Notes: generated by a model from the letters alone, not told the origin. DNA of 64,000 bases from Deferribacterales bacterium (GCA_050253335.1 JBFWJG010000002.1:1-64000), one strand, 5' to 3'; numbered from the stretch's first letter, positions 48,630 to 61,150 are shown. Program-made: numbers and translations.

Positions 48630-50381
48630 ATGTTCCTTTCAAAAAAGCACACGGTTTATGTCAAGAACATGGATATAAGCTTTGAGGTCAAATCCGGCAA
48701 AAACCTTTTCTCTGCGCTGGAGGAGAACGGAATAAAAATTTCTAACCTCTGCAGCGGCAACGGACAGTGCGGCAAATGCAAGGTGAGGATTGAGAGCAAA
48801 AATATCAACAAACCCACACGTCTTGAACGGAGATCCCTTTCGGAACTCAGCATAAGCATGGGGATCCGCCTCGCGTGCGAGTATTCTGTTAAAAGCGATA
48901 TAGTAATAGACACTGACGAACCCACAAGAAGGGCGAACGAAGACCCGTGCGTTCTTTCAGTGCAGACCCTTGCCAATATAGAATCCGTTTCCGGTAATGA
49001 TGATGTTTACGGCGCTGACGACCTGCCCCCAATGCCTGAAAACAGCACGGAAGAACAGGAAATACCGGCGGAATCCGAAAACGAAGAGCAGGACGAAAAC
49101 GAGTTTAAATCAGTTCTGACAGGGGGCATGTTCCGCCCGCAGGAAGAGCCTGAATACGAAGAAACTGAGGAAACAGAAGAGGAACCCCGACCCGAGGAAG
49201 AACCCGAAGAAGAGAGTGAGCCCGTCATTGTGAAATACACCGAGCCTGAGCCGGAGGAAATACCGGAGGAGGAGAGGGATGTGGACTACAGCACAGACGG
49301 CATACTCCTCATTCAGGCACCGAGAGGCATCACCTATTTCCATTATTCCGCAGGGATAGGCGGCATCTCCGCCAAGGATTTCATAGAGACCGACAGAACA
49401 CTGGCTGATCTTCTGCGATGCGGCGAGCTCAAACAGTTTCTGGATGCAAGCCTCCGCTACAGCGGATACGAAAGGGCAATACTCATCCTCAGTGAAAAGC
49501 ACTTCGAGGGCGAGAATGTTTTCGGCCTGATAAACTACTGCTCCTTCACGGATAACGGTCTGTTCTGCGAGGTTATTCAGCCCTCCGGCTCACCCAAGGA
49601 TATCCTCAAGTTCTTCCGCTTCCTTAACCAGACATCAGGACGGAAAATGATAATACCCCTTGATGCGCTTGAGAAAATTTACTTTTTCAACAGCGGCACG
49701 ATCATGGGGATAGACGCTTCTCTCAGGAGCGATTTCCTCTTTGAACACATAAAAACCGGAGGCAAAAACCCCGTTACCAAAATATCGGAAGACCTCATGG
49801 GCTATGAGAAGAAGAACGCGGATCTCCCGCCGGACTCTGTATCCCTCTCTGTGCTGTTTAAAACAGCCGCCCTGCTTTACAGCAAAGGGCTTCTTTCCAG
49901 GCAGTTCAAGCTGGCGGACAAGATGTCCCTCGTGGGTGACGGTCTTGAGGGCGGACACCACATACGCCTCATAGCAAAGTTCACAAGCCAGTCATTCAAA
50001 ATAGACTCCGGCCACGGAATCCTGATACCGCAGGCGGCCTTTGACGATCTCTTTGTGCTGCGCAATTTCATACACGCCGCCGTCAAATATGCCGAGAAGC
50101 GCTGCGGCAAGCCGGACACGGTGATCTTCTATTCCCTGTTCCCCGTGAAGGAGCTGGCGGACAGCATGATCACCCTTGAGATGGTTCCCAAGAGGTATCA
50201 CGAGGTGATACGCACCTTCTCCGAGGACCCGACTCTTTTTGCCATTAACTTTTTCCACAAATCAACGGTTCTTTCATACATTGAAAGCACGCTCAAGATG
50301 GGTGAGGATATTTCTCTGGATGATGAAATCTTTGAAGGAATATTCGAAAAAGTTAAGGCCGAATTCGAAGGCGAAGGATAA
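48630..50381 (+). CDS. 2Fe-2S ferredoxin domain + acidic linker + degenerate RACo (ASKHA)-like region
   Basis: CSGNGQCGKC...RLAC, a Glu/Pro-rich linker, and a C-terminus loosely resembling the RACo C-domain. Confidence 0.65.
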   Translation: MFLSKKHTVYVKNMDISFEVKSGKNLFSALEENGIKISNLCSGNGQCGKCKVRIESKNINKPTRLERRSLSELSISMGIRLACEYSVKSDIVIDTDEPTRRANEDPCVLSVQTLANIESVSGNDDVYGADDLPPMPENSTEEQEIPAESENEEQDENEFKSVLTGGMFRPQEEPEYEETEETEEEPRPEEEPEEESEPVIVKYTEPEPEEIPEEERDVDYSTDGILLIQAPRGITYFHYSAGIGGISAKDFIETDRTLADLLRCGELKQFLDASLRYSGYERAILILSEKHFEGENVFGLINYCSFTDNGLFCEVIQPSGSPKDILKFFRFLNQTSGRKMIIPLDALEKIYFFNSGTIMGIDASLRSDFLFEHIKTGGKNPVTKISEDLMGYEKKNADLPPDSVSLSVLFKTAALLYSKGLLSRQFKLADKMSLVGDGLEGGHHIRLIAKFTSQSFKIDSGHGILIPQAAFDDLFVLRNFIHAAVKYAEKRCGKPDTVIFYSLFPVKELADSMITLEMVPKRYHEVIRTFSEDPTLFAINFFHKSTVLSYIESTLKMGEDISLDDEIFEGIFEKVKAEFEGEG

Positions 50382-50384
50382 AGA

Positions 50385-50409
50385 AAAAGGCACATGGATT
50401 ACATGTGCC
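50385..50409 (-). terminator. Intrinsic terminator between convergent genes
   Basis: GGCACATG/CATGTGCC stem with a T-tract on the minus strand. Confidence 0.7.
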
Positions 50410-50540
50410 ATTTATCTTCTGTTTTCAGACTGAAGTTCCTATATAAGCCTATACGGCGTACTCTGCCGAATCAGACAGGCTGTCTCTTATCTTTTTAACC
50501 TTTGTTTAGTCAACAGATACATAACAGCCGCGAAAAATAT

Positions 50541-50677
50541 TGCTCAGCCTGTTTAAACGGGCTGAGCAGAGATTTTTAAGGCTAAAGTCCTCCGCGCACA
50601 CAACGCAGGTAGCTGGGGAAAGCATTACTCCAGCTGCGGGAGCGTGAAAGGCCGTTGCCGAAGCCCACAACCCAGGA
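50541..50677 (-). other. Putative DGR variable region plus downstream hairpin
   Basis: A run of NNY codons before CGTTGTGTGCGCGGAGGA, and hairpin TGCTCAGCC-N10-GGCTGAGCA 13 bp after the stop. Confidence 0.5.
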
Positions 50678-52540
50678 TTTCGATGAATCTTCAGCACTCA
50701 GCGTGGACGACCTGTATTCATATAATGAACTCGTGTTCTGGAATACAGGACTTATCGCAGGGGCGCTTCTTGTGTCATCCAGAACTGAGAGAAGCTCAGT
50801 TATAGTAGGCAAACGCCAGTCTGTATAACCGCCTAAAGCAAGTGCATCGCAATAGCTGACTGCTCCCGAAAAGGCTACTGCTGTTGAGGCGGCTCCTGCG
50901 TTATCCTGCCATTGAAGACCGGTTGTGCTGTCCGTGACAGTTTCATCCGCACCGTTTCTGCTTAAATTGCTGTCTGGAAGCTGAGCACCGCGCACGCATC
51001 GCGCTGAATAGCCGGATGTTTTATCTTCAGAACTGCTGAAGCCTGTCTGGAAGCTGACGTACCATGCGGATAGCGGTATATCCGCCACATCTGTGGATGA
51101 CCAGTAATAGGCTGTTGACGAAGCAATGTTCTGGAACGCAGGATTTATAGCAGGATTGTATCTGCCGTAATCCAGTGTAGTCACAAGCTCTTTTCTGCTG
51201 GGCAGACGCCAGTCAGTGTATCCGCCGAAGGAAAGATCATCGCAATAGTCCACTGCCTGCTGCCATGTTCTTGCTGTTGACGCTGATACAGCATCATCCT
51301 GCCACTGAAGTCCCGTTGTATGGTCGGTAACTGTTTCATTTGTCCTGCTGAAAGTGGAAACAGTTATACTGAAAGCGGGAAGTGAATCGGTTCCGCCGTG
51401 ACCGTCCGTAACTGTGATTACTATGCCGCTGTATGTGTCAATATCGCTGTTTGCCGGCGTGCCTGTTAACGCACCCGTTGTTGTGCTGAAAGCCGCCCAT
51501 GAGGGCTTGCCTGTTATGCTGAATTCGAGAGTGTGGCCGTCAGCATCATTTGATGTCGGAGTAAAGCCGTAAGCTGTTCCCGGAACTGCATAGGAAGCGG
51601 GTGTTCCGCTTATTGTCGGCGGTGTGTTCAGAAAGTTTACGGTTATGCTGAACGCGGGGAGTGAAGCCGTTCCGCCGTGACCGTCCGTAACCGTGATTAT
51701 TATACCGCTGTCAGTACCCACATTGATGCTTGCAGGTGTGCCTGTCAGAGCACCCGTAGCTGTGCTGAAAGCCGCCCATGAGGGCTTGTTTGTTATGCTG
51801 AATGTCAGCGTGTGGCCGTCCGTATCGTCTGCTGTCGGCGTAAAGCTGTAGGCAGTTCCGTTGGTTACTGCGGCGGCGGGTGTTCCGCTTATAGTCGGCG
51901 GAGTATTCAGCAGGTTCACAGTTATACTGAACGCGGGGAGTGACGCTGTTCCGCCGTTTCCGTCCGTGACTGTGATTATTATACCGCCGTATGTGCCGAC
52001 ATTGCCGTTTGAAGGCGTACCTGTTAAAGCTCCCGTAGCTGTGCTGAAATCTGCCCAGTCGGGCTTGTTTGCTATACTGAAAGTCAAAGTATCGCCGTCG
52101 GAATCATTTACCGTCGGGGTGAATGAGAACTCACTCCCGGCCGTCACCCCTGCTGAGGGGGTTCCGCTTATTGTCGGCGGTGTGTTATCGAGGGTTACTG
52201 TTATACTGAAAGCTGGAAGTGAGGCTGTTCCGCCGCTTCCGTCCGAAACTGAAATAACTATTCCCCCGTACATTCCTGTATCGGCTTCTGACGGAGTTCC
52301 GATGAGTGCTCCTGTGGAAATGTTGAAACCGGCCCACACTGGCTTGTTTTCTATGCTGAATGTAAGTACATCGCCGTCGGAGTCATCTGCCGCCGGAATA
52401 AATGAATACTCACTGCCTGCAGTTATGCCTGCGGCAGGTGTACCGCTTATTGTCGGCGCATTGTTGCCGCCCCCTTCGCCGCCCCCGCAGCCGTACAAAC
52501 TCAAACTGAATAAAAACAACAGTACGTACACAAATCTCAT
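50582..52540 (-). CDS. Surface lipoprotein with 4 Ig-like (He_PIG/cadherin-like) repeats and 2 DUF1566 (Lcl/CLec-like) domains
   Basis: Start ATG 52540 (SD AAGGAG), lipobox LYGC-GGGEGGG, repeats PTISGTP...LPAFSITV, and twice VTD.TTGLQWQD...DWRLP...RCVRG. Confidence 0.9.
   Translation of the reverse strand: MRFVYVLLFLFSLSLYGCGGGEGGGNNAPTISGTPAAGITAGSEYSFIPAADDSDGDVLTFSIENKPVWAGFNISTGALIGTPSEADTGMYGGIVISVSDGSGGTASLPAFSITVTLDNTPPTISGTPSAGVTAGSEFSFTPTVNDSDGDTLTFSIANKPDWADFSTATGALTGTPSNGNVGTYGGIIITVTDGNGGTASLPAFSITVNLLNTPPTISGTPAAAVTNGTAYSFTPTADDTDGHTLTFSITNKPSWAAFSTATGALTGTPASINVGTDSGIIITVTDGHGGTASLPAFSITVNFLNTPPTISGTPASYAVPGTAYGFTPTSNDADGHTLEFSITGKPSWAAFSTTTGALTGTPANSDIDTYSGIVITVTDGHGGTDSLPAFSITVSTFSRTNETVTDHTTGLQWQDDAVSASTARTWQQAVDYCDDLSFGGYTDWRLPSRKELVTTLDYGRYNPAINPAFQNIASSTAYYWSSTDVADIPLSAWYVSFQTGFSSSEDKTSGYSARCVRGAQLPDSNLSRNGADETVTDSTTGLQWQDNAGAASTAVAFSGAVSYCDALALGGYTDWRLPTITELLSVLDDTRSAPAISPVFQNTSSLYEYRSSTLSAEDSSKSWVVGFGNGLSRSRSWSNAFPSYLRCVRGGL
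51349..52464 (-). repeat. Four 279-bp intragenic tandem repeats (93-aa Ig-like units)
   Basis: The anchor CCGCTTA recurs at 51606, 51885, 52164 and 52443. Confidence 0.9.
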
Positions 52541-52801
52541 AATAACCTTTCTCCTTAATAATGAAACTTTTTGAGATGACACTCATCCGTGAAATGATAG
52601 ATTGAAATGATGTAAACTCTTAACTACTTTACTGATCTTTTTTTAAAAATGAATATCTAATTCACTTTTTGCCCTTTATTGCTCAATTTAATTTTTTTTA
52701 TTAGTCATATATAATTACGTATTGTGCACAGATGACGGTTTCTGATGAATTTTAAGTGAGTAAGATGGCAGGATTCAGTTTCTGTAACCGGACAAATATA
52801 A

Positions 52802-52823
52802 AAGCCGCCTAAAATGGCGGCTT
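52802..52823. terminator. Intrinsic terminator downstream of the REC gene
   Basis: AAGCCGCC-TAAAAT-GGCGGCTT. Confidence 0.7.
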
Positions 52824-52864
52824 ATTTTTCTGAATAATGAGAAAGTCTTAAAATATTTCTGAAG

Positions 52865-53233
52865 TTATTTCATCGCTATGACTGTGTTCACGGCTTCCAT
52901 GAGCTCCGCCGCGCGCACCGGCTTGTTGAGGTAGATAACCACACCGCCGTCCGTGGCTTTTTTATAGGTCTTAAACGAGCCGAATGCGGTGATCATGATT
53001 GCTTTTGCGTTTTTATCTATCTGTTTCAGTCTTTCCAGAAAGGCGAGCCCGTCCATTTCGGGCATACGCAGGTCGGTCACCACTATGTCAAATTTATCCT
53101 GTTTGAGAAGTTCGATGGCCTTAAACGCATCTTCGGCAGTGCTTACCTTGAAATTTTCCATCTCAAGCACTTCCGCATAGCCCATGCGTGTGTGCTCTTC
53201 ATCGTCCACGACAAGAATCTTAATATCATTCAT
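52865..53233 (-). CDS. Single-domain response regulator
   Basis: VVDDE, TDLRMPEMDG, ITAFG and KP. Confidence 0.93.
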   Translation of the reverse strand: MNDIKILVVDDEEHTRMGYAEVLEMENFKVSTAEDAFKAIELLKQDKFDIVVTDLRMPEMDGLAFLERLKQIDKNAKAIMITAFGSFKTYKKATDGGVVIYLNKPVRAAELMEAVNTVIAMK

Positions 53234-53235
53234 GT

Positions 53236-53739
53236 TTATCTCTCGTCATCGTATTTTATTATCTCACCGTACTGGTAAAGGGGGAACACAGTGGAAATTG
53301 CGCTTTTGTAGAGAAGCTGCTGCCTGCCTTCAAAGGATGTGAGTATTGTGTAGTTGTCAAACCCTATGAGGGAGCCTCTTATCTTAACACCGTTGGTGAG
53401 AAAGCTTATAATAGGTGATTTGGATTTGCGCACTTCGTTCAGGAAAATATCCTGCATAGGCGGACGGGTGTGCCTCGGGTGCTTGCCCTGATGGGTGTGG
53501 TAGTAAATTTTGCTGATGAAGTCGATGTCCACAACCGTCTTGGCGGAAGCGACAGTCGCAATATCCCTCTTAGAAAGCAGAATCTTAATATCAGCATCGT
53601 CTATGATGAAGTGATACTGGTCGAAATCCACAATCTTTCCCCTGAAGCGTTCCTTGTTGCGCATAATGAACATCAAGGGAACGTTCTTATTCCTCGCATT
53701 GTGCATGAACACAAATTCAATCTGGGCATAAATAGACAT
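53236..53739 (-). CDS. hfq: Tandem two-domain Hfq-like protein
   Basis: C-terminal domain QDIFLNEVRK...FLTNGVKIRG.LIGFDNYTIL...QLLYKSAISTV. N-terminal domain FMHNARNKNVP...RGKIVDFDQY...LLSKRDIATV. Confidence 0.85.
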   Translation of the reverse strand: MSIYAQIEFVFMHNARNKNVPLMFIMRNKERFRGKIVDFDQYHFIIDDADIKILLSKRDIATVASAKTVVDIDFISKIYYHTHQGKHPRHTRPPMQDIFLNEVRKSKSPIISFLTNGVKIRGSLIGFDNYTILTSFEGRQQLLYKSAISTVFPLYQYGEIIKYDDER

Positions 53740-54071
53740 TTTCCCTGCCTTCTAAACTCAAAGAGTAATAATATATCCCGTTTTCGGGCTTTAACGTAAA
53801 TATACCAACACAAATCAATAATGTCAAAAATGTGTTGAACATGCGTGATCTGCTTGGGAATAATCATATAGATATAAACATTAGACGGATATTTCAACAA
53901 TAATAATTCATTTTACTGTATAATGTGTAAAAATGATCAGTGGTTTACAACATAAGTTTTCAACACCGAAAACCTTAACAGACAAGACTAAATATCACTT
54001 GTAAACAGTTTCAAGATACCCTATTATTACTTACTATTAAAATTACATTAATATATAAAGCAGGGGAGTCC
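53740..54071. other. Putative replication origin (oriC) region
   Basis: AT-rich spacer before dnaN at the gene-strand switch, with degenerate DnaA boxes (53891, 53957, 53999) and a trio-like tract CCCTATTATTACTTACTATTAA (54019-54040). Confidence 0.6.
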
Positions 54072-55178
54072 ATGAGGTTTAAAGTTGTCAGGGACGATAT
54101 TTTCCCTTTCGTCCAGTATGCAAACAGCTACACCAGCCCGAAGAACCTGAATACGGTGCTTCAGAACATTCTGATCGAAGCCGAAAGCGATACGGTAACC
54201 CTTCGTTCAACAAACATGCAGATCGGTTTTTCCGGCTCGCTCAAAGCAGCGGTTGAGGAGATCGGCTCCGCCACCGTCTCAGGCAAAAAACTGATGGATA
54301 TCCTCAAGGAGCTTCCCGAAGGCGCCGTTATCGATTTTTATCATGACGGTTCCAAGCTCAACATAAAATCGGGCAAGTCAAGCTTCCGGCTTTCCACCAT
54401 AAGCCCTGAGATGTTCCCCACAATGTCCGAGATAACTCCGGAATACTTCATCAAGGTGAAGAGCGAGACTCTGCAGACCCTTCTCAAAAGAACGGCCTTC
54501 TGCATCTCAAACGATTCATCCAAGATAGAATACACGGGAGCACATTTCAGTGTTTACGGCAACAGGCTTGAGATTTCCTCCGCAGATTTCCAGAGGATAG
54601 CAACATCAAAGGCAGGATTCGAAGAGGAATTTTCCGACGAGTTCACCATAAACATCCCTAAAAAGACGATTATGGAGCTCATGAAGATCCTTGATATAAG
54701 CGAGTTTGTAGATGTCGAGACTGACAAAAAACAGGTTCTCTTCAAAGTAGGCGATATTATCATCTACTCAAAGCTGATTGAGAAATACATCAAGAGCATT
54801 ACAAAGCTTTTCGAGATTGAATATCCGATTAAGGCGAAGATAAACACCAAGGCATTCGCCGAGGTTGTGAGAAGAGTTTCCGCCATAACCAGCGAGATAA
54901 CCCACGGTGTCGTTCTCTCCTTCAACAACGGACATCTCTCCGTAAACAGCCTTGAAACCGAATACGGTCAGGGTCATGAAACCATGGACGACATAATCTA
55001 CAACGGTGAGGACATGGACATTATCTTTAATGCCCGTCACATGCTTGAGATAGTCACAAACATACATTCCGAGTATTTCTCCCTTGAAATGCAGGGAAGA
55101 AGAAGCCCGGCCGTTATCCTCCCAGAGGATGAGTCATACAAATATCTGGTGGTTCCCATATCCATCGATAAGTTCTGA
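54072..55178 (+). CDS. dnaN: DNA polymerase III beta clamp
   Basis: 368 aa with LQNILI, MFP, SADFQRI, IPKK, IFNARH and YLVVPI; first gene of dnaN-recF-gyrB. Confidence 0.95.
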   Translation: MRFKVVRDDIFPFVQYANSYTSPKNLNTVLQNILIEAESDTVTLRSTNMQIGFSGSLKAAVEEIGSATVSGKKLMDILKELPEGAVIDFYHDGSKLNIKSGKSSFRLSTISPEMFPTMSEITPEYFIKVKSETLQTLLKRTAFCISNDSSKIEYTGAHFSVYGNRLEISSADFQRIATSKAGFEEEFSDEFTINIPKKTIMELMKILDISEFVDVETDKKQVLFKVGDIIIYSKLIEKYIKSITKLFEIEYPIKAKINTKAFAEVVRRVSAITSEITHGVVLSFNNGHLSVNSLETEYGQGHETMDDIIYNGEDMDIIFNARHMLEIVTNIHSEYFSLEMQGRRSPAVILPEDESYKYLVVPISIDKF

Positions 55179-56185
55179 TGCTGATAGAGAGTATCCGTTT
55201 ACAGAATTTCAGGTGCCATGCCGACTCAAAATTCACTTTTGACAAGGCGACATTCATAGAGGGCGAAAACGGCTCCGGCAAAACAAGCATTGTCGAAGCC
55301 GTTTATCTTCTCCTCAACCTCAAAAGCTTCAAGGAACCGTCACCCAAAAGCGTAACCACCTTCGGCAGTGAATTTCTGCGTGTGGAGGCCGGTTATTCCT
55401 CGGCTGAGGAATCGGGCAGCATAATCTATTTTTTTGACGAGGCAAGGACACTGAAAAAAAATGGTGTCTGTGTTCTGGATATTCCTGATTATCTCACCTC
55501 GAATCCGGTCTTCTGCTACTCGCCCGATACAAGCACTATCCTTGCGAAGGACCAGAAGATAAGGCGGAACTACATTGACCGCCTCTGCTTCTACCGCGAG
55601 AGGGCCCATATTTTCGACCTCAGGTACATGAACAGGCTCGTTGCCCAGAAAACCGCTGAGCTCCAGAAACAGAGACCGGATAAAAACTACATCGAAACCG
55701 TTAATGAAAAACTCATTGAAGTCTGTGATAAAATATCTCTGAGACGTAAAGCCGCAGCGGACATGATAAACGCGAACCTCAGGACAATGTATGCAGATTT
55801 CGGCGGCGGGGATGAATTTTTCAGCCTTGATTATGTCACTAACGTTAAGGACAGGGAGATAATCGGCAAAGAGCTGTCCTCGGGCAAATGTCTTTACGGT
55901 GTGCACAGGGACAGATTTTACAGCAGGAACACAGGGCGCATTTATGATAAATTTTCATCTTACGGTCAGAAAAAAACATTTGAGCTTCTTGTTTTAGCGG
56001 CAATTTTATTAGATGTTGAAGAAATGCTCAAAACTGATATAATAACCCTTTTAGATGATTTCGAAGCAGGATTGGATGAAAAACGCTCGGCTGCCTTCTT
56101 TTCCATTTTCTCAGGCGAAAGGCAGGTCATTATGACAGGGGTAAAAAACCGTATATTTGATGATATACGAACAATAAGGCTGTGA
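55178..56185 (+). CDS. recF: DNA replication/repair protein RecF
   Basis: NFRCH, GENGSGKTS, GVHRD, SYGQKK and LLDD. Confidence 0.92.
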   Translation: MLIESIRLQNFRCHADSKFTFDKATFIEGENGSGKTSIVEAVYLLLNLKSFKEPSPKSVTTFGSEFLRVEAGYSSAEESGSIIYFFDEARTLKKNGVCVLDIPDYLTSNPVFCYSPDTSTILAKDQKIRRNYIDRLCFYRERAHIFDLRYMNRLVAQKTAELQKQRPDKNYIETVNEKLIEVCDKISLRRKAAADMINANLRTMYADFGGGDEFFSLDYVTNVKDREIIGKELSSGKCLYGVHRDRFYSRNTGRIYDKFSSYGQKKTFELLVLAAILLDVEEMLKTDIITLLDDFEAGLDEKRSAAFFSIFSGERQVIMTGVKNRIFDDIRTIRL

Positions 56186-56279
56186 CCTGAAGTCGCACGC
56201 CTTTTGATACATTGCGGGCAATGCGCCCGTTTTTTGCGGTTTGTTGCCGCAGGTTTTTTTGAAATAAATAGTCAGGTGA

Positions 56280-58649
<2,370 letters not shown>

Positions 58650-58653
58650 GTGA

Positions 58654-61083
58654 ATGATGGAAAATAAAGGAATTATCAATCTTAATATTGAAGACTCCCT
58701 CAAGGACAGCTATCTCGACTACGCCATGAGCGTTATTGTCGGCCGTGCGCTGCCCGATGTCAGGGACGGTCTGAAACCCGTTCACAGACGCGCCCTTTTC
58801 GCCATGCACGAAATGGGGGTTTACTATAATAAGCCCTATAAAAAATCAGCCCGTATCGTGGGTGATGTTATAGGTAAGTACCACCCCCACGGTGACTCCG
58901 CTGTTTATGACACTGTTGTCCGCATGGCGCAGGATTTCTCGCTCCGCTACCCCCTTGTGGACGGTCAGGGTAACTTCGGCTCCATAGACGGTGACCGCGC
59001 GGCGGCAATGAGGTATACCGAGGTAAGGCTCTCCAAGATAAGCGATGAATTCGTCAGCGATCTCGACAAGGACACTGTTGATTTCACAGACAACTATGAC
59101 GGCTCAATGCAGGAACCCACTGTTTTCCCCACGAGGATCCCCAACCTCCTTGTGAACGGAACAAGCGGTATCGCGGTGGGCATGGCGACCAATATTCCGC
59201 CCCACAACCTCACTGAGGCCGTGGACGCGCTTATGCTCATGATAGACAACCCCGATTACACCGAGGAAGATATTTTCTCCGTGATAAAAGGACCCGACTT
59301 CCCCACCGCAGGAATGATCCTCGGCAGGGAGGACATATATAAGGCTTACAGAACAGGCAGAGGCTCCATAACAATTAGAGCCAAAACCCACATAGAAGAA
59401 ACCAAGACCGGCAAAGAGGTAATCGTTGTCGATGAACTGCCCTATCAGGTGAACAAGGCTCTTCTCATTGAGAAGATAGCCGAGCTTGTGCGTGATAAAA
59501 TTGTAACGGGAATTTCCGATCTCCGTGATGAATCCGACCGTGACGGAATCCGTGTGGTTATCGAGCTCAAGCGCGAGCAAATGCCCGATGTTCTCCTGAA
59601 CCAGCTTTATAAATTCACTCAGATGCAGACCACCTTCGGCATGAACATGGTTGCGATTGTTGACGGCAGACCCCAGACGCTCACCCTGCGTAAAATACTT
59701 GAGGCGTTCATTGAGCACAGGGTCACCGTTGTTACCCGCAGAACCCGTTATCTTCTTGATAAGGCTGAAAAACGCCTCCATATTCTGGAAGGTCTCATAA
59801 AGGCTGTGGAAAATATTGATGAAGTGATCAGGCTGATCAAAACATCAAAAGACACACCTGAAGCCAAAATGAAGCTGAAGGAAGCCTTCAGCTTCAGCGA
59901 TGTTCAGAGCCAGGCTATTCTCGAAATGAGGCTGAGCAAACTCACAGGCCTTGAGATCGAGAAGCTTCAGGGCGAATATGAAGACACGCTGAAAGACATA
60001 GAATACTACAAAAGCATCCTCGGCAACAGAGGCGTCATGATGGGCGTTATCCGTGACGAGCTTACTGAAATAAAAGACAAATACGCTGACGAAAGAAGAA
60101 CCGAAATAGTGGCCGCCGCAGGCGAGTTCAACATGGAAGACCTGATCCCCGACAGCGAGACAGTGGTCACCATCACTCACAACGGCTACATAAAACGTAC
60201 GCTTCTTGACAACTTCGTGGCGCAGAAGCGCGGCGGAAAAGGCAAAAGCGGAGCCAAAAGCAAAGGGGACGACTTCGCTGAAAGGATGCTTGTCACCACT
60301 AACCACGCCAAGGTATTCTTCTTCACAAACACAGGAAAAATCCACTTCCTCAAGGTGTACGACATACCCGAAAGCGCAAGGGATACAAAAGGCAGACATC
60401 TCAGCAACCTGCTCACCTTTGAGAAGGATGAAAACCTCGCCTCCGTTGTCACTCTCAGTGAGGCGGACAACGATAAATACCTTTTCATGTCCACCAAGCA
60501 CGGCGTTGTTAAGAAAACCCCCGTTATGGACTTTAAAAGCGGCAGAAGCGGCATGATAGCTCTCAAGCTCCGTGAAGGGGACGAGATTATGGCAGCAGAT
60601 GTCACCACCGATAATGACAGTATTTTCCTTGCCACCAGAAACGGCAAAACCATACAGTTCAGCTCGCTCGATGTACGCGCAATGGGCAGAGCGGCGACAG
60701 GCGTCAGAGGAATTACCCTTGAGGATGAGGATGAAGTGGTTTCCATGGAAGTTCTCACAGGCCACCCCTATATACTTAACGTAACCGAATACGGCTACGG
60801 CAAATGCTCTCTGGTTGCGGACTACAGGCTCCAGACCAGAGGCGGCAAAGGGGTTAAGCTCTGCAAGGTCAGCCCCAAAACAGGCCTTGTCTGCGGTGCG
60901 AAACAGGTTAACGAAGAGGATGATGTTATGCTGATTACCAAAGGCGGCAAAATAATCAGGCTCTCCGTTAAGGAAATCCCCGTTATGGGCAGGGACACTC
61001 AGGGCGTTAAGCTTATGTCCACGGACGAGGACAGGATAATCTCCTTTGCCATAGTCAAAGAGGACGATGCAGAGGAAGAATAG
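58654..61083 (+). CDS. gyrA: DNA gyrase subunit A
   Basis: [14 protein letters not shown] and GyrA box QKRGGKG. Confidence 0.98.
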   Translation: MMENKGIINLNIEDSLKDSYLDYAMSVIVGRALPDVRDGLKPVHRRALFAMHEMGVYYNKPYKKSARIVGDVIGKYHPHGDSAVYDTVVRMAQDFSLRYPLVDGQGNFGSIDGDRAAAMRYTEVRLSKISDEFVSDLDKDTVDFTDNYDGSMQEPTVFPTRIPNLLVNGTSGIAVGMATNIPPHNLTEAVDALMLMIDNPDYTEEDIFSVIKGPDFPTAGMILGREDIYKAYRTGRGSITIRAKTHIEETKTGKEVIVVDELPYQVNKALLIEKIAELVRDKIVTGISDLRDESDRDGIRVVIELKREQMPDVLLNQLYKFTQMQTTFGMNMVAIVDGRPQTLTLRKILEAFIEHRVTVVTRRTRYLLDKAEKRLHILEGLIKAVENIDEVIRLIKTSKDTPEAKMKLKEAFSFSDVQSQAILEMRLSKLTGLEIEKLQGEYEDTLKDIEYYKSILGNRGVMMGVIRDELTEIKDKYADERRTEIVAAAGEFNMEDLIPDSETVVTITHNGYIKRTLLDNFVAQKRGGKGKSGAKSKGDDFAERMLVTTNHAKVFFFTNTGKIHFLKVYDIPESARDTKGRHLSNLLTFEKDENLASVVTLSEADNDKYLFMSTKHGVVKKTPVMDFKSGRSGMIALKLREGDEIMAADVTTDNDSIFLATRNGKTIQFSSLDVRAMGRAATGVRGITLEDEDEVVSMEVLTGHPYILNVTEYGYGKCSLVADYRLQTRGGKGVKLCKVSPKTGLVCGAKQVNEEDDVMLITKGGKIIRLSVKEIPVMGRDTQGVKLMSTDEDRIISFAIVKEDDAEEE

Positions 61084-61150
61084 TTGTAATGCGGGCGGCA
61101 GGCTTCTGCCCCCTGCGAATCTTACTCTAAAAACGTAAGGAGTTAATATA

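Noticed and set aside
49020..49290. GAA/GAG-rich tract as a DNA repeat element
   Set aside because: Explained by the Glu/Pro-rich protein linker.
50382..50540. Possible DGR template repeat or RT downstream of the DUF1566 gene
   Set aside because: No AAC-rich copy of the variable region and no RT ORF seen here or elsewhere in the window.
51349..52464. Regular repeats as a possible CRISPR array
   Set aside because: They are 279-bp in-frame protein repeats with no spacer structure and no cas genes.
52583..52800. c-di-GMP riboswitch upstream of the adhesin
   Set aside because: Only a GGCAAA fragment is present; the remaining GEMM elements are absent.
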